Positions 42,283-52,684 are shown, numbered from the stretch's first letter. The stretch: DNA of 64,000 nucleotides from an uncultured Pelagibacteraceae bacterium (GCA_902561095.1 CACEOF010000006.1:3988-67987); one strand, 5' to 3'. The notes: generated by a model from the sequence alone, not told the origin. Program-made: numbers and translations.

Positions 42283-43488
42283 TTATATATATTTAGGATT
42301 TAGCTTGTTCTTAATTGCATAAAGTAAAATTATTGAGGTCAAAATATATGATCCAGAAACAATAGCTATTTGCTCAATTGAAAAATTAATATCTATGAGA
42401 ACACCAAATAAGGCTGTTCCAAAAGCAGTAGCGAATACCATTAAGGCTGTTGTTAATGCCTTAATAGATCCAATATACTTAACTCCATAAATTTCAGCCC
42501 ATGTAGAAGATCCGAGAACATTAGCTAGTCCGTTAGTAATACCTAACAAACCAAAGAATAAAAATGATGAAAATTCATTATCAAAAAAGAACAGGACTCC
42601 AGTTGCAGCAAATAATGGAATATTCATGTAAATTAATAATTTTCTACTTGAAAATTTATCAATCAAAAAACCTGAAATAAACAAAGTCACCACAGATAAA
42701 ATTGAGTAAACCATAAAGGATTGTGCAATCACATATGGACCCCAGTCTTTTGAGCTAGTGATAAAAGATTGATAAACAAATGCACCTGTTGCTATCCAAG
42801 GCATAGCTAACATAGTCATACAAATAATATAAAATCTGAAATCTTTCAAAACTTCTATTCTTTTCCATTGTTTTATTTCTTTGGTAATAGCTTCTTTATT
42901 ACTATCTTCTCTTGTATCAAGTTTGATTTCTTTGACTAAAAAATACGATGCAATTGGTAAAACTATAATTACTAAAATAGAAATTGAAACCCAGATATCT
43001 CTCCACTCTATAAATGTTAATAAAAAAACAATCAAAACTGGCAAGATAAATTCTGCTAAAGATAATCCCAACCAACACGTACTTAAAGCTCTACCTCTGT
43101 TTCTCTCAAAATAACGAGAAATTGTTGTTGTAGCAGTATGACTTGATAAGCCTTGACCTGATAGCCGCATTAAAAAAATTCCTACGAATAAAAAAATAAC
43201 CGAGGAAATTTTAGAAAAAATAAAACATGAAGCTGACAAGAATATAATTACGTATGACGAAAACTTTAATATATTTATATCGTCAATTTTTTTACCTATC
43301 CAAACTAAGACAATACTACTTAATAAAGTAGCAGACGCGTAGATTGAGCCAAATTGTCCATGTGTAATTGATAAAGCCTCTCTAATGCTTGAATTAAAAA
43401 GTCCTAGAAAAAAACTCTGTCCAAAACTAGAAAAAAATGTAAAAATAAAACCAAACAGAATTACTTTTAAACTTAAACTTTTAAACAT
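42283..43488 (-). CDS. MFS transporter
   Basis: About 12 TM segments; G..ID motifs in both halves. Confidence 0.85.
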   Translation of the reverse strand: MFKSLSLKVILFGFIFTFFSSFGQSFFLGLFNSSIREALSITHGQFGSIYASATLLSSIVLVWIGKKIDDINILKFSSYVIIFLSASCFIFSKISSVIFLFVGIFLMRLSGQGLSSHTATTTISRYFERNRGRALSTCWLGLSLAEFILPVLIVFLLTFIEWRDIWVSISILVIIVLPIASYFLVKEIKLDTREDSNKEAITKEIKQWKRIEVLKDFRFYIICMTMLAMPWIATGAFVYQSFITSSKDWGPYVIAQSFMVYSILSVVTLFISGFLIDKFSSRKLLIYMNIPLFAATGVLFFFDNEFSSFLFFGLLGITNGLANVLGSSTWAEIYGVKYIGSIKALTTALMVFATAFGTALFGVLIDINFSIEQIAIVSGSYILTSIILLYAIKNKLNPKYI

Positions 43489-43499
43489 AAATAAAAAAT

Positions 43500-44369
43500 A
43501 TGACTTGTAATGTAACTTTCATAGGTCTTGGGGTCATGGGTTACCCGATGGCTGGTTATATATCAAAAGCTGGGCACAATGTAACTGTTTTTAACAGAAC
43601 TAAATCTAAAGCTGAAAAATGGATAAGTGAGTACAAAGGTAAAATGGCAGAAACACCAGCTGAAGCAGCAAAAGATGCTGAATATGTTTTTACCTGTGTT
43701 GGAAACGACAATGATTTAAGAGAGGTTACATTTGGAGATGGTGGTGCATTTAAAACGATAAAAAAAGGATCTGTCTATATTGATAATACTACTGCTTCAG
43801 CAACTATAGCAAAAGAAATTCATGATTATGGAAAAAAAAATGGGTTTGGATCTCTGGATGCGCCGGTATCTGGTGGACAAGCAGGAGCAGAAAATGGTGC
43901 ACTTACCGTTATGATTGGAGGTGATCATGCTGATTTTGAAAAAGCAAAAAATGTAATCGATTGCTACAGCAAAAAAATGAAATTACTTGGTGGTCCTGGG
44001 AATGGACAACTCGCTAAAATGGTTAATCAAATTTGTATAGCTGGTTTAGTTCAAGGTTTGTCTGAAGCCATCAATTTTGGAATTAAGGCTGGATTAAAAA
44101 TGGAGGATGTTATTGAGGTAATTTCAAAAGGTGCTGCACAATCGTGGCAAATGGAAAATAGATACAAAACCATGATTGATGATAAATTTGAATTTGGATT
44201 TGCAGTAGATTGGATGAGAAAAGATCTTAAAATTGCCATGGATGAAGCTAAAAATAATGGGTCTCTATTACCTGTGACTGAGCTGGTTGATAAATATTAT
44301 GGAGAGATTCAGGAAATGGGTGGCAATAGATGGGATACTTCAAGTTTAATAAGAAGGTTTAGAAAATAG
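43500..44369 (+). CDS. Beta-hydroxyacid dehydrogenase (3-hydroxyisobutyrate dehydrogenase family)
   Basis: IGLGVMG, DAPVSGG, GQLAKMVNQ, KDL. Confidence 0.9.
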   Translation: MTCNVTFIGLGVMGYPMAGYISKAGHNVTVFNRTKSKAEKWISEYKGKMAETPAEAAKDAEYVFTCVGNDNDLREVTFGDGGAFKTIKKGSVYIDNTTASATIAKEIHDYGKKNGFGSLDAPVSGGQAGAENGALTVMIGGDHADFEKAKNVIDCYSKKMKLLGGPGNGQLAKMVNQICIAGLVQGLSEAINFGIKAGLKMEDVIEVISKGAAQSWQMENRYKTMIDDKFEFGFAVDWMRKDLKIAMDEAKNNGSLLPVTELVDKYYGEIQEMGGNRWDTSSLIRRFRK

Positions 44370-44374
44370 ATAGT

Positions 44375-44974
44375 ATGCAACCAGCATACTACGAAGATTT
44401 CAGTGAAATAAAAAAAAAGATTTGGCATATGTTAGAGGATGCTGTTTCAAACCGTAATTCTCAATTTAGAATACCTACATTTATGTGTGGTTATGGCTCA
44501 GAAATAAATGGTAGAATTGTTGTTTTAAGAAAAGCTGATAAGGAAAATAATTTAGTTCAATTTCATAGCGATATCAGATCGGACAAAATTGATATACTTA
44601 AAAAAAATTCTAATGCAGCAATGTTATTTTACGATAAAGAAGAAAAAATTCAGGTCAGATTAAAAGTTGAATGTATTGTAAATCATGAAAATGACATTAC
44701 AAAAAAATCTTGGGAAAAAACTCAACATATAAGTAGGAAATGTTATTTAGTAGATAATGGTCCTGGTAGTATTTCAGATGAACCAACTTCTGGTTTAAAA
44801 CCCGAGCTTGATAATTTTGAATATACTAAAGAACAAAGTGAGGAAGGTTATAAAAATTTTACTGTTGTTCAATGCAAAATTAAGTCTATTGAATGGTTAT
44901 ATTTAGCAGCCAAAGGTCACCGAAGAGCCAGATTTGATTTAGAAAACAATAAAGATAATTGGCTTGTTCCTTAA
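44375..44974 (+). CDS. Pyridoxamine 5'-phosphate oxidase-like FMN-binding protein
   Basis: RIVVLR, FHSDIRSDK, QVRL, LYL...GHRRA. Confidence 0.8.
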   Translation: MQPAYYEDFSEIKKKIWHMLEDAVSNRNSQFRIPTFMCGYGSEINGRIVVLRKADKENNLVQFHSDIRSDKIDILKKNSNAAMLFYDKEEKIQVRLKVECIVNHENDITKKSWEKTQHISRKCYLVDNGPGSISDEPTSGLKPELDNFEYTKEQSEEGYKNFTVVQCKIKSIEWLYLAAKGHRRARFDLENNKDNWLVP

Positions 44975-45058
44975 TAATTAATTTAATGTAAAAATTAATA
45001 ATATTTTTTACATATTGTTAAATATGTTTAATTAAATCAGGTATAGTATTTGACGTGA

Positions 45059-45316
45059 TTACATTATTTTCTCAAGTTTCCAAGCCTCATCTTTAGCATT
45101 AAACTTTGCGTTCCAATCTTTAGATCTTTGATCTTCAAATAAGGCATAAAATTTTTCTTCATCAGTGACATTTGCAATAAAAATCATTTTACCTTCACGT
45201 ATGTGCGCCCATTCAAATGATGACGTGCACTTTGCAATTTCATCTTTAAACATACTGTATAATTCATCTGCATCTTTTTTAGTTCCCTCATATGTTGTTG
45301 TTCCAACAAAGTTCAT
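45059..45316 (-). CDS. Hypothetical small protein (possibly dimeric alpha/beta barrel)
   Basis: 85-aa ORF with GAAAGG SD; alternating beta/alpha pattern. Confidence 0.65.
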   Translation of the reverse strand: MNFVGTTTYEGTKKDADELYSMFKDEIAKCTSSFEWAHIREGKMIFIANVTDEEKFYALFEDQRSKDWNAKFNAKDEAWKLEKIM

Positions 45317-45468
45317 AGTTTTTCCTTTCTTTAATTAATTAAGTTAATTTAATTAGATCATAAAATTATAAAATAAATAGCATATTTACTGAATTTTTAT
45401 TGAGACAATTTGTTTAACATAAGTGTAATATCTACGTGCTAATTTATTAGTTTTTAAAGGAGGAAATA

Positions 45469-45795
45469 ATGAAAGCATATATAATGGGAAATTACACTGA
45501 AAAAGCATTTCAGGGTTTTTTAAAAGATCCTAAAAGCGATAGAAAAGCAGTTGTAGAACAATTAACAAAAGCAATGGGTGGAACGATGCATAGTATGGAT
45601 ATCGTACGAGGTTCATATGATTTTGTAGTTGTAAATGAATTAGCTACATTTGAGGATTTTGCAGCGGTTAAGCTTGTTGTAGAGGCATCAGGTGCAGTTA
45701 AAAACTTAACAATGTTAGAGGCTATAGATTTTAACAAAGCCACAACTAAAGCAAGTGAAGTTGCTTCAGGTGCTTATAAAGCTCCAGGGCAATAA
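45469..45795 (+). CDS. GYD-domain protein
   Basis: Y....QG, R...V, GG, GSYDFVV; strong AAGGAGG SD. Confidence 0.8.
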   Translation: MKAYIMGNYTEKAFQGFLKDPKSDRKAVVEQLTKAMGGTMHSMDIVRGSYDFVVVNELATFEDFAAVKLVVEASGAVKNLTMLEAIDFNKATTKASEVASGAYKAPGQ

Positions 45796-45805
45796 TTAAG
45801 ATTAA

Positions 45806-46153
45806 TTATTTTTTGTCGTTATCGACAACTAAGCAGATTTCTGATTTAGTCAGAAATCTGCGACCTGTTCCATTATCTAATGAGAACATGCCACCAATTC
45901 CTTTAACAGCATCAATAGTTAAATCTGTGTGTTTCCACTTTTCATATTGATCACCATTCATATAAAAAGGAACACCACCTATTTCACCTAATTTAACGTC
46001 ATTATCTCCTAAAGGAAATTCACCTTCCTGAAAACACATTGGCGCACTACCATCACAGCAGCCCCCAGATTGATGAAACATTAATTTCTCACCATATTTA
46101 CTTTGAAGTTCAGATAACAAATTTAATGCTGAATTAGTTGCAGATACTTTCAT
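45806..46153 (-). CDS. DUF779 family protein
   Basis: FHQSGGCCDGSAPMC, FSL, RFLT; usual partner of aldB. Start at ATG 46153. Confidence 0.88.
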   Translation of the reverse strand: MKVSATNSALNLLSELQSKYGEKLMFHQSGGCCDGSAPMCFQEGEFPLGDNDVKLGEIGGVPFYMNGDQYEKWKHTDLTIDAVKGIGGMFSLDNGTGRRFLTKSEICLVVDNDKK

Positions 46154-46164
46154 TTTTAAAGTCC

Positions 46165-46189
46165 GGCCCATGATTTAGAATCATGGGCC
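46165..46189 (-). other. Perfect 11-bp hairpin between aldB and DUF779
   Basis: GGCCCATGATT-TAG-AATCATGGGCC with no clear U-tract. Confidence 0.65.
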
Positions 46190-46207
46190 AGTATATATTA
46201 TTATTTG

Positions 46208-47944
46208 TTAAAAGAAGCCTAATTTCTGTTCAGCATAAGAAACATGTAAGTTCTTATTCTGTCTGTAATGATTAAGCATCATTTTATGTGTTTCTCTTCC
46301 AACTCCAGATTGTTTGTAACCACCAAATGGAGAGTGAGCTGGATAAGCATGATAACAATTTGTCCATACTATTCCTGCTTGTATTGCTCTACCCATTCTG
46401 TAAGCAATGTTACCATTTCTAGTCCAAACACCTGCACCTAAACCATAAAGTGTATCATTAGCAATTTCTAGTGCCTCTGCTTCATCTTTAAATTTAATTA
46501 CAGATACAACAGGTCCAAAAATTTCCTCTTGAGAAATTCTCATAGAGTTATCAGCTTCAAAAATAGTTGGTTGGATATAGTTTCCTTTTTCCAAACCACT
46601 ATTTAGTTTACCAACATCTCCACCTGCAAGAACTTTTGCACCTTCTTTTTTACCAAGATCAAGATATGATTTAATTTTTTCCATTTGCTCAACAGAAGCT
46701 TGTGCACCAATCATTGTCTCCATTTTCAACGGATTATCTTGGATAACAGCTTTTGTTCTAGCAATACATTTTTCCATGAATTTATCATAAATAGACTCTT
46801 GGACTAATGCTCTACTTGGACAAGTACATACTTCACCCTGGTTTAAATTAAACATTACAAAACCTTCAACACACTTATCTAAGAAATCATCATCTTTATC
46901 CATGATATCTTCAAAGAAAATGTTAGGAGACTTACCACCTAACTCAAGTGTGATTGGAATTATGTTTTGTGCAGCATACTGCATGATCAATCTTCCAGTT
47001 GTAGTTTCACCAGTGAATGCAACTTTAGCAACTCTTTTAGACGATGCTAAAGGTTTACCAGCCTCTAAACCAAAACCACTAACGATATTTACAACTCCTG
47101 GAGGTAATAAATCTCCAATTAATTCCATCATAACCATAATTGATGCTGGTGTTTGTTCTGCTGGTTTAAGAACTGAGCAATTTCCTGCTGCTAGAGCTGG
47201 TGCTAACTTCCATGTCGCCATTAGTAATGGGAAGTTCCACGGAACTATTTGACCAACTACACCTAAAGGTTCTGGTATATTATATGAGTATTGTGAGTTA
47301 CTTATTTCAGCAACAGAACCTTCCTCTGCTCTAATAACTCCAGCAAAATATCTCCAGTGATCAATCACTAAAGCTATATCTGCAGCCATACATTCTCTAA
47401 TTGGTTTACCATTATCCAAACATTCTGCAACTGCAAGCATATCTTTATTTTTCTCAAGAACATCTGCTATCTTGTTAAGAATAATTGATCTTGTTGTAAT
47501 ATCTGTTTTTCCCCACTCTGGAAAAGCTGCATGAGCTGCATCTAATGCTGCTTCAACATCTTTTTCATTAGATCTTGCTACTGAACAGATAACTTCGTTT
47601 GATATCGGACTTGGATTATCAAAATATTTACCCGATTTAGGCTCTACAAATTTCCCATTAATGTAGTTTCCATATTTTGCTTTAAATGGAAATTCTACCT
47701 TTAAATGAGATGTGTCTAGAGCTGACGACACTTTTAATGCTTCTGCACTCATTTTTTTCTCTCCTCTTTTTTTATTTTTTTTGTTAATGTTATTTGATAT
47801 TCTAGATTTTTTTAAAGACTTCTTGGTCGCAGACTTTTTTTTCTTAACTTTTTTAGTCTTTATCTTTTTTTTTCTTTTTATTTTTCTAGAAGTTTTGACT
47901 AATTTCTTTTTTTTCTTTTTGGTTTTTTTAAGCTTGTTAGCCAT
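46208..47944 (-). CDS. aldB: Aldehyde dehydrogenase (AldB/AcoD type) with Lys-rich N-terminal extension; alternative internal start at 47752
   Basis: [41 protein letters not shown]. The frame stays open 64 codons upstream of MSAEAL. Confidence 0.9.
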   Translation of the reverse strand: MANKLKKTKKKKKKLVKTSRKIKRKKKIKTKKVKKKKSATKKSLKKSRISNNINKKNKKRGEKKMSAEALKVSSALDTSHLKVEFPFKAKYGNYINGKFVEPKSGKYFDNPSPISNEVICSVARSNEKDVEAALDAAHAAFPEWGKTDITTRSIILNKIADVLEKNKDMLAVAECLDNGKPIRECMAADIALVIDHWRYFAGVIRAEEGSVAEISNSQYSYNIPEPLGVVGQIVPWNFPLLMATWKLAPALAAGNCSVLKPAEQTPASIMVMMELIGDLLPPGVVNIVSGFGLEAGKPLASSKRVAKVAFTGETTTGRLIMQYAAQNIIPITLELGGKSPNIFFEDIMDKDDDFLDKCVEGFVMFNLNQGEVCTCPSRALVQESIYDKFMEKCIARTKAVIQDNPLKMETMIGAQASVEQMEKIKSYLDLGKKEGAKVLAGGDVGKLNSGLEKGNYIQPTIFEADNSMRISQEEIFGPVVSVIKFKDEAEALEIANDTLYGLGAGVWTRNGNIAYRMGRAIQAGIVWTNCYHAYPAHSPFGGYKQSGVGRETHKMMLNHYRQNKNLHVSYAEQKLGFF

Positions 47945-48049
47945 TTGTATAATTGAAATTAAAAACCCTTTAAAAGGTCTTGTAAACAAAACAATTGTGA
48001 CTTCAATCTATAGTTGTACTATTTTGCTTATTAAATAATTATTTAATTT

Positions 48050-48490
48050 TTAATTACCTATTTTGGACAATTTTTTTTTTAATTTTTTTGAAAGTTTAGT
48101 GAACCATGCTTTTTCTTTTCCTGACTCAGGTAATACTTCTCCATACTCGATCATTTGTGACGGAGGTAAATCAACAATGTAAACCCAAACTTGGGTTTCA
48201 TCTAATTTAGAATTTTTAACTATAATATCTCTAAGATCGGAAATTAATTTATCTTTTGTTTTTTTTGGTCTGCCAGCTCTAATTTGACCTAGCAAAAATA
48301 TTGAAGGCTCTTTTACTTTTTTACCTCCCATGAAATGATTATTTTTTTTTGTTTTATTAAATATTACTTGTGCAAAAAAAGTATTTGCTCCTGTTACAAC
48401 ATTATGAACTTTTGTGATTCCTTCAGCTAAATTGTTTTGCTGTTTTGAGGTTAAAGTAAAATTTGAATTTGTTACTGTATAAGTTGGCAT
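48050..48490 (-). CDS. cis-CaaD/Cg10062-like tautomerase superfamily protein
   Basis: After Met removal: Pro1, His28, Arg70, Arg73, Tyr103, Glu114. Confidence 0.85.
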   Translation of the reverse strand: MPTYTVTNSNFTLTSKQQNNLAEGITKVHNVVTGANTFFAQVIFNKTKKNNHFMGGKKVKEPSIFLLGQIRAGRPKKTKDKLISDLRDIIVKNSKLDETQVWVYIVDLPPSQMIEYGEVLPESGKEKAWFTKLSKKLKKKLSKIGN

Positions 48491-48495
48491 TTGAA

Positions 48496-49008
48496 TTAAA
48501 ATATAGATTTTGAATATTTTTTCCAGTTATCTTGATAATGCTTAGTATTTTCAATTATCGCTTTTTTTTCTTCGTTAGTAACCTCTCTTATAACTTTACC
48601 AGGTGAACCAACCACTAATGAATTATCAGGTATTTCTTTATTTTCTGTTATTAAAGCTTTAGCTCCAATAATACAATTTTTTCCAATTTTAGCATTGTTT
48701 AAGATAACTGCTCCAATACCAATCAAACTATTATCACCAATTGTGCATCCATGAAGCATAACCATATGGCCTATAGTTACATCTTTGCCCACTTTTAGAG
48801 GGCATCCTGGATCGGTATGTAAAACGCTTCCGTCCTGAACGTTTGAACCCTCACCAATAAATATATTTTCAACATCCCCTCTTAAAACAGCATTAAACCA
48901 AATACTTGTATTTTTCTCTAGAGTAACATCACCTATTATAGTCGCATTAGGTGCTACCCAATTTTCGCCAGAGTTTTTTGGTTTTTTATCTTTTAAATCG
49001 TAAAACAT
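48496..49008 (-). CDS. Gamma carbonic anhydrase family protein
   Basis: LRGD, NVQD, LH..., IGH...LHGC; hexapeptide repeats. Confidence 0.9.
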   Translation of the reverse strand: MFYDLKDKKPKNSGENWVAPNATIIGDVTLEKNTSIWFNAVLRGDVENIFIGEGSNVQDGSVLHTDPGCPLKVGKDVTIGHMVMLHGCTIGDNSLIGIGAVILNNAKIGKNCIIGAKALITENKEIPDNSLVVGSPGKVIREVTNEEKKAIIENTKHYQDNWKKYSKSIF

Positions 49009-49028
49009 AATTTATATATTATTACATT

Positions 49029-49583
49029 ATGCCAATACAAACTCCAATATGTGATTTTGGTAAAAAAGCTGTTCCGTTTGAATTAAAATCAACTGATAAG
49101 AAAATTATTAAACTTGATGATATTAAAGGAGAAAATGGAACTCTTATAATGTTTATTTGTAATCATTGTCCCTATGTTAAAGCTGTTGCAAAAGATATAG
49201 TTGAAGACTACAATACTTTAAAAGAATTAGGTATAAACGCTGTTGCAATTTGTTCAAATGATGCTGTTAATTATCCTGAAGATTCATTTGAAAATATGAT
49301 AAAATTCTCAAATAGTAATAGTTTTAGTTTTCCTTATTTAGTAGATGAAACCCAAGAAGTAGCAAAAGCATACGATGCTGTGTGTACTCCTGATTTCTTT
49401 GGATACAATAAAAATTTAGAACTTCAATACAGAGGTCGAATGAGAGAATTAAAAAAACTTATTCCAGTTAGAAGTGGGGAAAGTGATCTATTCCAAGCAA
49501 TGAAACAAATAGCTGAAACAGGTAAAGGTCCAAAAGAACAAATTCCTAGTGCTGGTTGTGGCATTAAATGGAAATATGATTAA
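49029..49583 (+). CDS. Thioredoxin-fold/AhpC-TSA family protein
   Basis: FICNHCPYV, AVCTPDFF, GCGIKW. Confidence 0.88.
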   Translation: MPIQTPICDFGKKAVPFELKSTDKKIIKLDDIKGENGTLIMFICNHCPYVKAVAKDIVEDYNTLKELGINAVAICSNDAVNYPEDSFENMIKFSNSNSFSFPYLVDETQEVAKAYDAVCTPDFFGYNKNLELQYRGRMRELKKLIPVRSGESDLFQAMKQIAETGKGPKEQIPSAGCGIKWKYD

Positions 49584-50665
49584 TGTATTTAATCGTTACT
49601 AGATCTTTTCCACCAGAGCTTGGTGGAATGCAAAATTTAATGTGGGGTTTATCAAGAGAATTATCGAAAAACTTTATGATTAAAGTTTTTGCAGATTATA
49701 TTGAAGGTCACAAAGAATTTGATGAACAAGCGTCTTTTTCAATTGAAAGAGTTGGAGGAATTAAACTCTTAAGAAAATACAGAAAAGCCCAGTTAATAGA
49801 TGAATTTATTAAAGATAACAAGATAGAGGGAATAATTGGTGATCACTGGAAAAGTTTAGAACTAATTAAATCACCTAAAAAAAAATATTGCCTAATTCAC
49901 AGTAAAGAAATTAATCATCCAATAGGCTCAAATTTAAATAAAAGGGTTTTAAATGTTTTAAATAATGTTGAGAGAGTAATTGCAAATTCACAATTTACAA
50001 AAAATTTAGCAATTAACTGTGGTGTTAACGAAAATAAAATAGTTGTAATTAACCCTGGAGTAGATCCAGAAAAAGAATTAGATAAAAAAACTCTGGATAA
50101 AGTTGAGAGTTTGTTAAAAGTAAAAACACCAAGATTAATTACTGTTTCAAGGTTTGATAAAAGAAAAAACCATGAAAAAATAATTATGGCTTTAAGAAAT
50201 TTAAAACAAATTTACCCTGATATAGTTTATATTTGTGTAGGTTACGGCGAAGAAGAAGAAAATATTAAAAATCTTGTAAAAGAATTAAATTTAGAAGGAC
50301 AAGTAATGTTCTTTAAAGATATAAGTAATGACCTGAAAAATGCCCTAGTTGCAAAATCTAATGTATTTGTAATGCCCTCAGTGATACATAAAACATCTGT
50401 TGAAGGATTTGGAATCGCTTATGTTGAGGCAGCTCAATATGGAATACCTTCTATAGGAGGTAAAGATGGAGGGGCAGCAGATGCAATTGATCATCAAAAA
50501 ACTGGTTTAATTTGTGATGGGAATAATTTAGATGATGTTTATTCATCTACAAATGCAATTTTACAAAATAAAAAATATTTAGAGTATGGAAAGAATGCCA
50601 AAGAATTTGTGAACAAATTCCAATGGTCTAAGATTATAGAAGAATATAAAAAGACTCTTAATTAA
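49583..50665 (+). CDS. GT4 glycosyltransferase
   Basis: FPP..GG, SR..RK, EGFGIAYVEA. Confidence 0.9.
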   Translation: MYLIVTRSFPPELGGMQNLMWGLSRELSKNFMIKVFADYIEGHKEFDEQASFSIERVGGIKLLRKYRKAQLIDEFIKDNKIEGIIGDHWKSLELIKSPKKKYCLIHSKEINHPIGSNLNKRVLNVLNNVERVIANSQFTKNLAINCGVNENKIVVINPGVDPEKELDKKTLDKVESLLKVKTPRLITVSRFDKRKNHEKIIMALRNLKQIYPDIVYICVGYGEEEENIKNLVKELNLEGQVMFFKDISNDLKNALVAKSNVFVMPSVIHKTSVEGFGIAYVEAAQYGIPSIGGKDGGAADAIDHQKTGLICDGNNLDDVYSSTNAILQNKKYLEYGKNAKEFVNKFQWSKIIEEYKKTLN

Positions 50666-52668
50666 TTTATGGGCCAAGGTAATTCAATATAGCCCTGTAA
50701 AATTCCTGGAGGAAAATCCATTATCATAAAATGTGAAATTGCTGCAAGAGCGATCCATACACCAATTGAACTAATTAAACTAAATCTAAAACTTGCTCTA
50801 GCAATTTTTGATAAAAATATAAAAACAAATAAACCAATAGATATATAAAATCCTATAAATACTGATAAAAATAATGGAGAGATAAACCAAAAAATAGTGA
50901 GCCACTGACTTCTTATTTCTGTATTTCCTAAAATTAGATTTTCTGCATCGTGAAACACTTTTGATCCAGATTTACTTATGAACATTTGAATTCCTATAAT
51001 GATACAGAATAAAAACATAAACAAGCCAACACTAATTGGAAATATTTTACCTAGATATTGTAAATGGTCTGTTACAAATACTGTATAAACAGATATTATT
51101 GATAATAAAATTAAAAACACCCATTGCGGTCTAGATTTAGCATTTAGTACATCTGATTTAGTATTAGCTATTTTATCTTTTTTATTAATTATTTTAATTC
51201 CTGAATAAATTGAAAATGCTGAAACTAAAATTAAAACTAAAAAAATCGGTCTTATAAAGAGCTCAGAAAAAGTATAAAATTGCATTGTCTGATACAAGTA
51301 TGTTTCAATACTATCGCTTAAGACAAAACCGATCATTAAAGCAACCCTAGAGTAATCAAATCTTTTCATATAAACAGCTATTACTCCAATAAATGTCGCA
51401 AATATTAAATCACCCCATGATCTTGTAGAATTAAAAATTGCAAACAATATTAATGAAATTAAAAATGGTGCGAGAATTGTAAAATTTATAGTCGTTAGCT
51501 GTGAAATTGGCTTGGCCATTGCCACACAAATTATTGCACCAAATATATTTGCGACTGCTAGCGACCAAATTATTGTATAAATTAAATCTAGTTGGGTATC
51601 TACCATCGTTATACCTGGATCAACACCCAATAATATTAATCCACCCATCAAAATTGCTGTTCCACCAGATCCAGGAATTCCAAATAATAAAGTAGGAATT
51701 AGTGCTCCACCTTCTTTGGAATTGGAGCTAGACTCAGGCCCAATAACACCTCTGATGTCACCTTTTCCAAAATTCTCATTATTTTTTACAGTTGTTTTTG
51801 CATGACTGTAACTAATCCAGTCTATACAAGATCCTCCAATACCTGGGATTAAACCTATAACACTTCCAATAAAAGAACACCTTAGTACTAAAAACTTGTT
51901 ACTTAAAAAATCTCTTAAACCTTTGAACCATCCAGATTTTTCCAATTCTGCTTTTTCAGATACGGCTTTATTTGATCTCAAAAGTTCTACAATTTCAGGG
52001 AACGCAAAGATAGAAATAGCAACCACCATCAAATGAATTCCACCTCCTAAATACATTACAACAGGGTTTTGAACCTCTAATATAGTGCTAAAATCTAGTC
52101 TATACTCAGAACTTGCTGGTGAAATACCTATACAACCAATTATCATTCCAAGACATGCTGCAACCAATCCTTTGAAAATACTTGATCCAGTTAATGTTCC
52201 AACCACTGAAATTCCAAAAATTGCTAACATCAACATCTCACCAGTCCCAAAAGCTAAAATTATAGGTTTTGCAATTTGTATAACCATGGTGAGTAGAACT
52301 GCTCCAAAGAGTCCACCAAACAATGATGAAAAAAATGCAGCAGATAATGCTCTTGCTGCTTGTCCTTTTTTAGCTAAAGGAAAGCCATCCATAACAGTTG
52401 CTTGAGCAGAAACTGAACCAGGAACTCCAATTAAGACTGCAGGGAAAGTATCAGAAGTTGCAACAACTGATAATAATCCCATCATCATTGCAATTCCAGA
52501 AACTGGTTCCATTCCAAATACAAAAGGAAGCAATAATGATAATCCTACAGTTCCACCAAACCCAGGAATAACCCCAACTACTAAACCAATTAAAACTCCA
52601 AGAATTAAGAAAAAAATTGAAGGACCTGAAACGATTGTTGCTAATGCCGCAAATAATGCTTCAAACAT
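50662..52668 (-). CDS. tctA: Tripartite tricarboxylate transporter TctA with fused C-terminal TctB-like domain
   Basis: G.IPG, GVPG, DGFPLAKKG, PESSSNS, GIPGS, plus ~150 extra aa with 4 TM segments. Start at ATG 52668. Confidence 0.87.
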   Translation of the reverse strand: MFEALFAALATIVSGPSIFFLILGVLIGLVVGVIPGFGGTVGLSLLLPFVFGMEPVSGIAMMMGLLSVVATSDTFPAVLIGVPGSVSAQATVMDGFPLAKKGQAARALSAAFFSSLFGGLFGAVLLTMVIQIAKPIILAFGTGEMLMLAIFGISVVGTLTGSSIFKGLVAACLGMIIGCIGISPASSEYRLDFSTILEVQNPVVMYLGGGIHLMVVAISIFAFPEIVELLRSNKAVSEKAELEKSGWFKGLRDFLSNKFLVLRCSFIGSVIGLIPGIGGSCIDWISYSHAKTTVKNNENFGKGDIRGVIGPESSSNSKEGGALIPTLLFGIPGSGGTAILMGGLILLGVDPGITMVDTQLDLIYTIIWSLAVANIFGAIICVAMAKPISQLTTINFTILAPFLISLILFAIFNSTRSWGDLIFATFIGVIAVYMKRFDYSRVALMIGFVLSDSIETYLYQTMQFYTFSELFIRPIFLVLILVSAFSIYSGIKIINKKDKIANTKSDVLNAKSRPQWVFLILLSIISVYTVFVTDHLQYLGKIFPISVGLFMFLFCIIIGIQMFISKSGSKVFHDAENLILGNTEIRSQWLTIFWFISPLFLSVFIGFYISIGLFVFIFLSKIARASFRFSLISSIGVWIALAAISHFMIMDFPPGILQGYIELPWPIN

Positions 52669-52684
52669 AATATTTATAACATAT

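Noticed and set aside
47712-48038. Phe/Leu-rich 108-aa plus-strand ORF
   Set aside because: It is the antisense mirror of the Lys-rich aldB extension (AAA read as TTT) and has no SD or recognisable motif.
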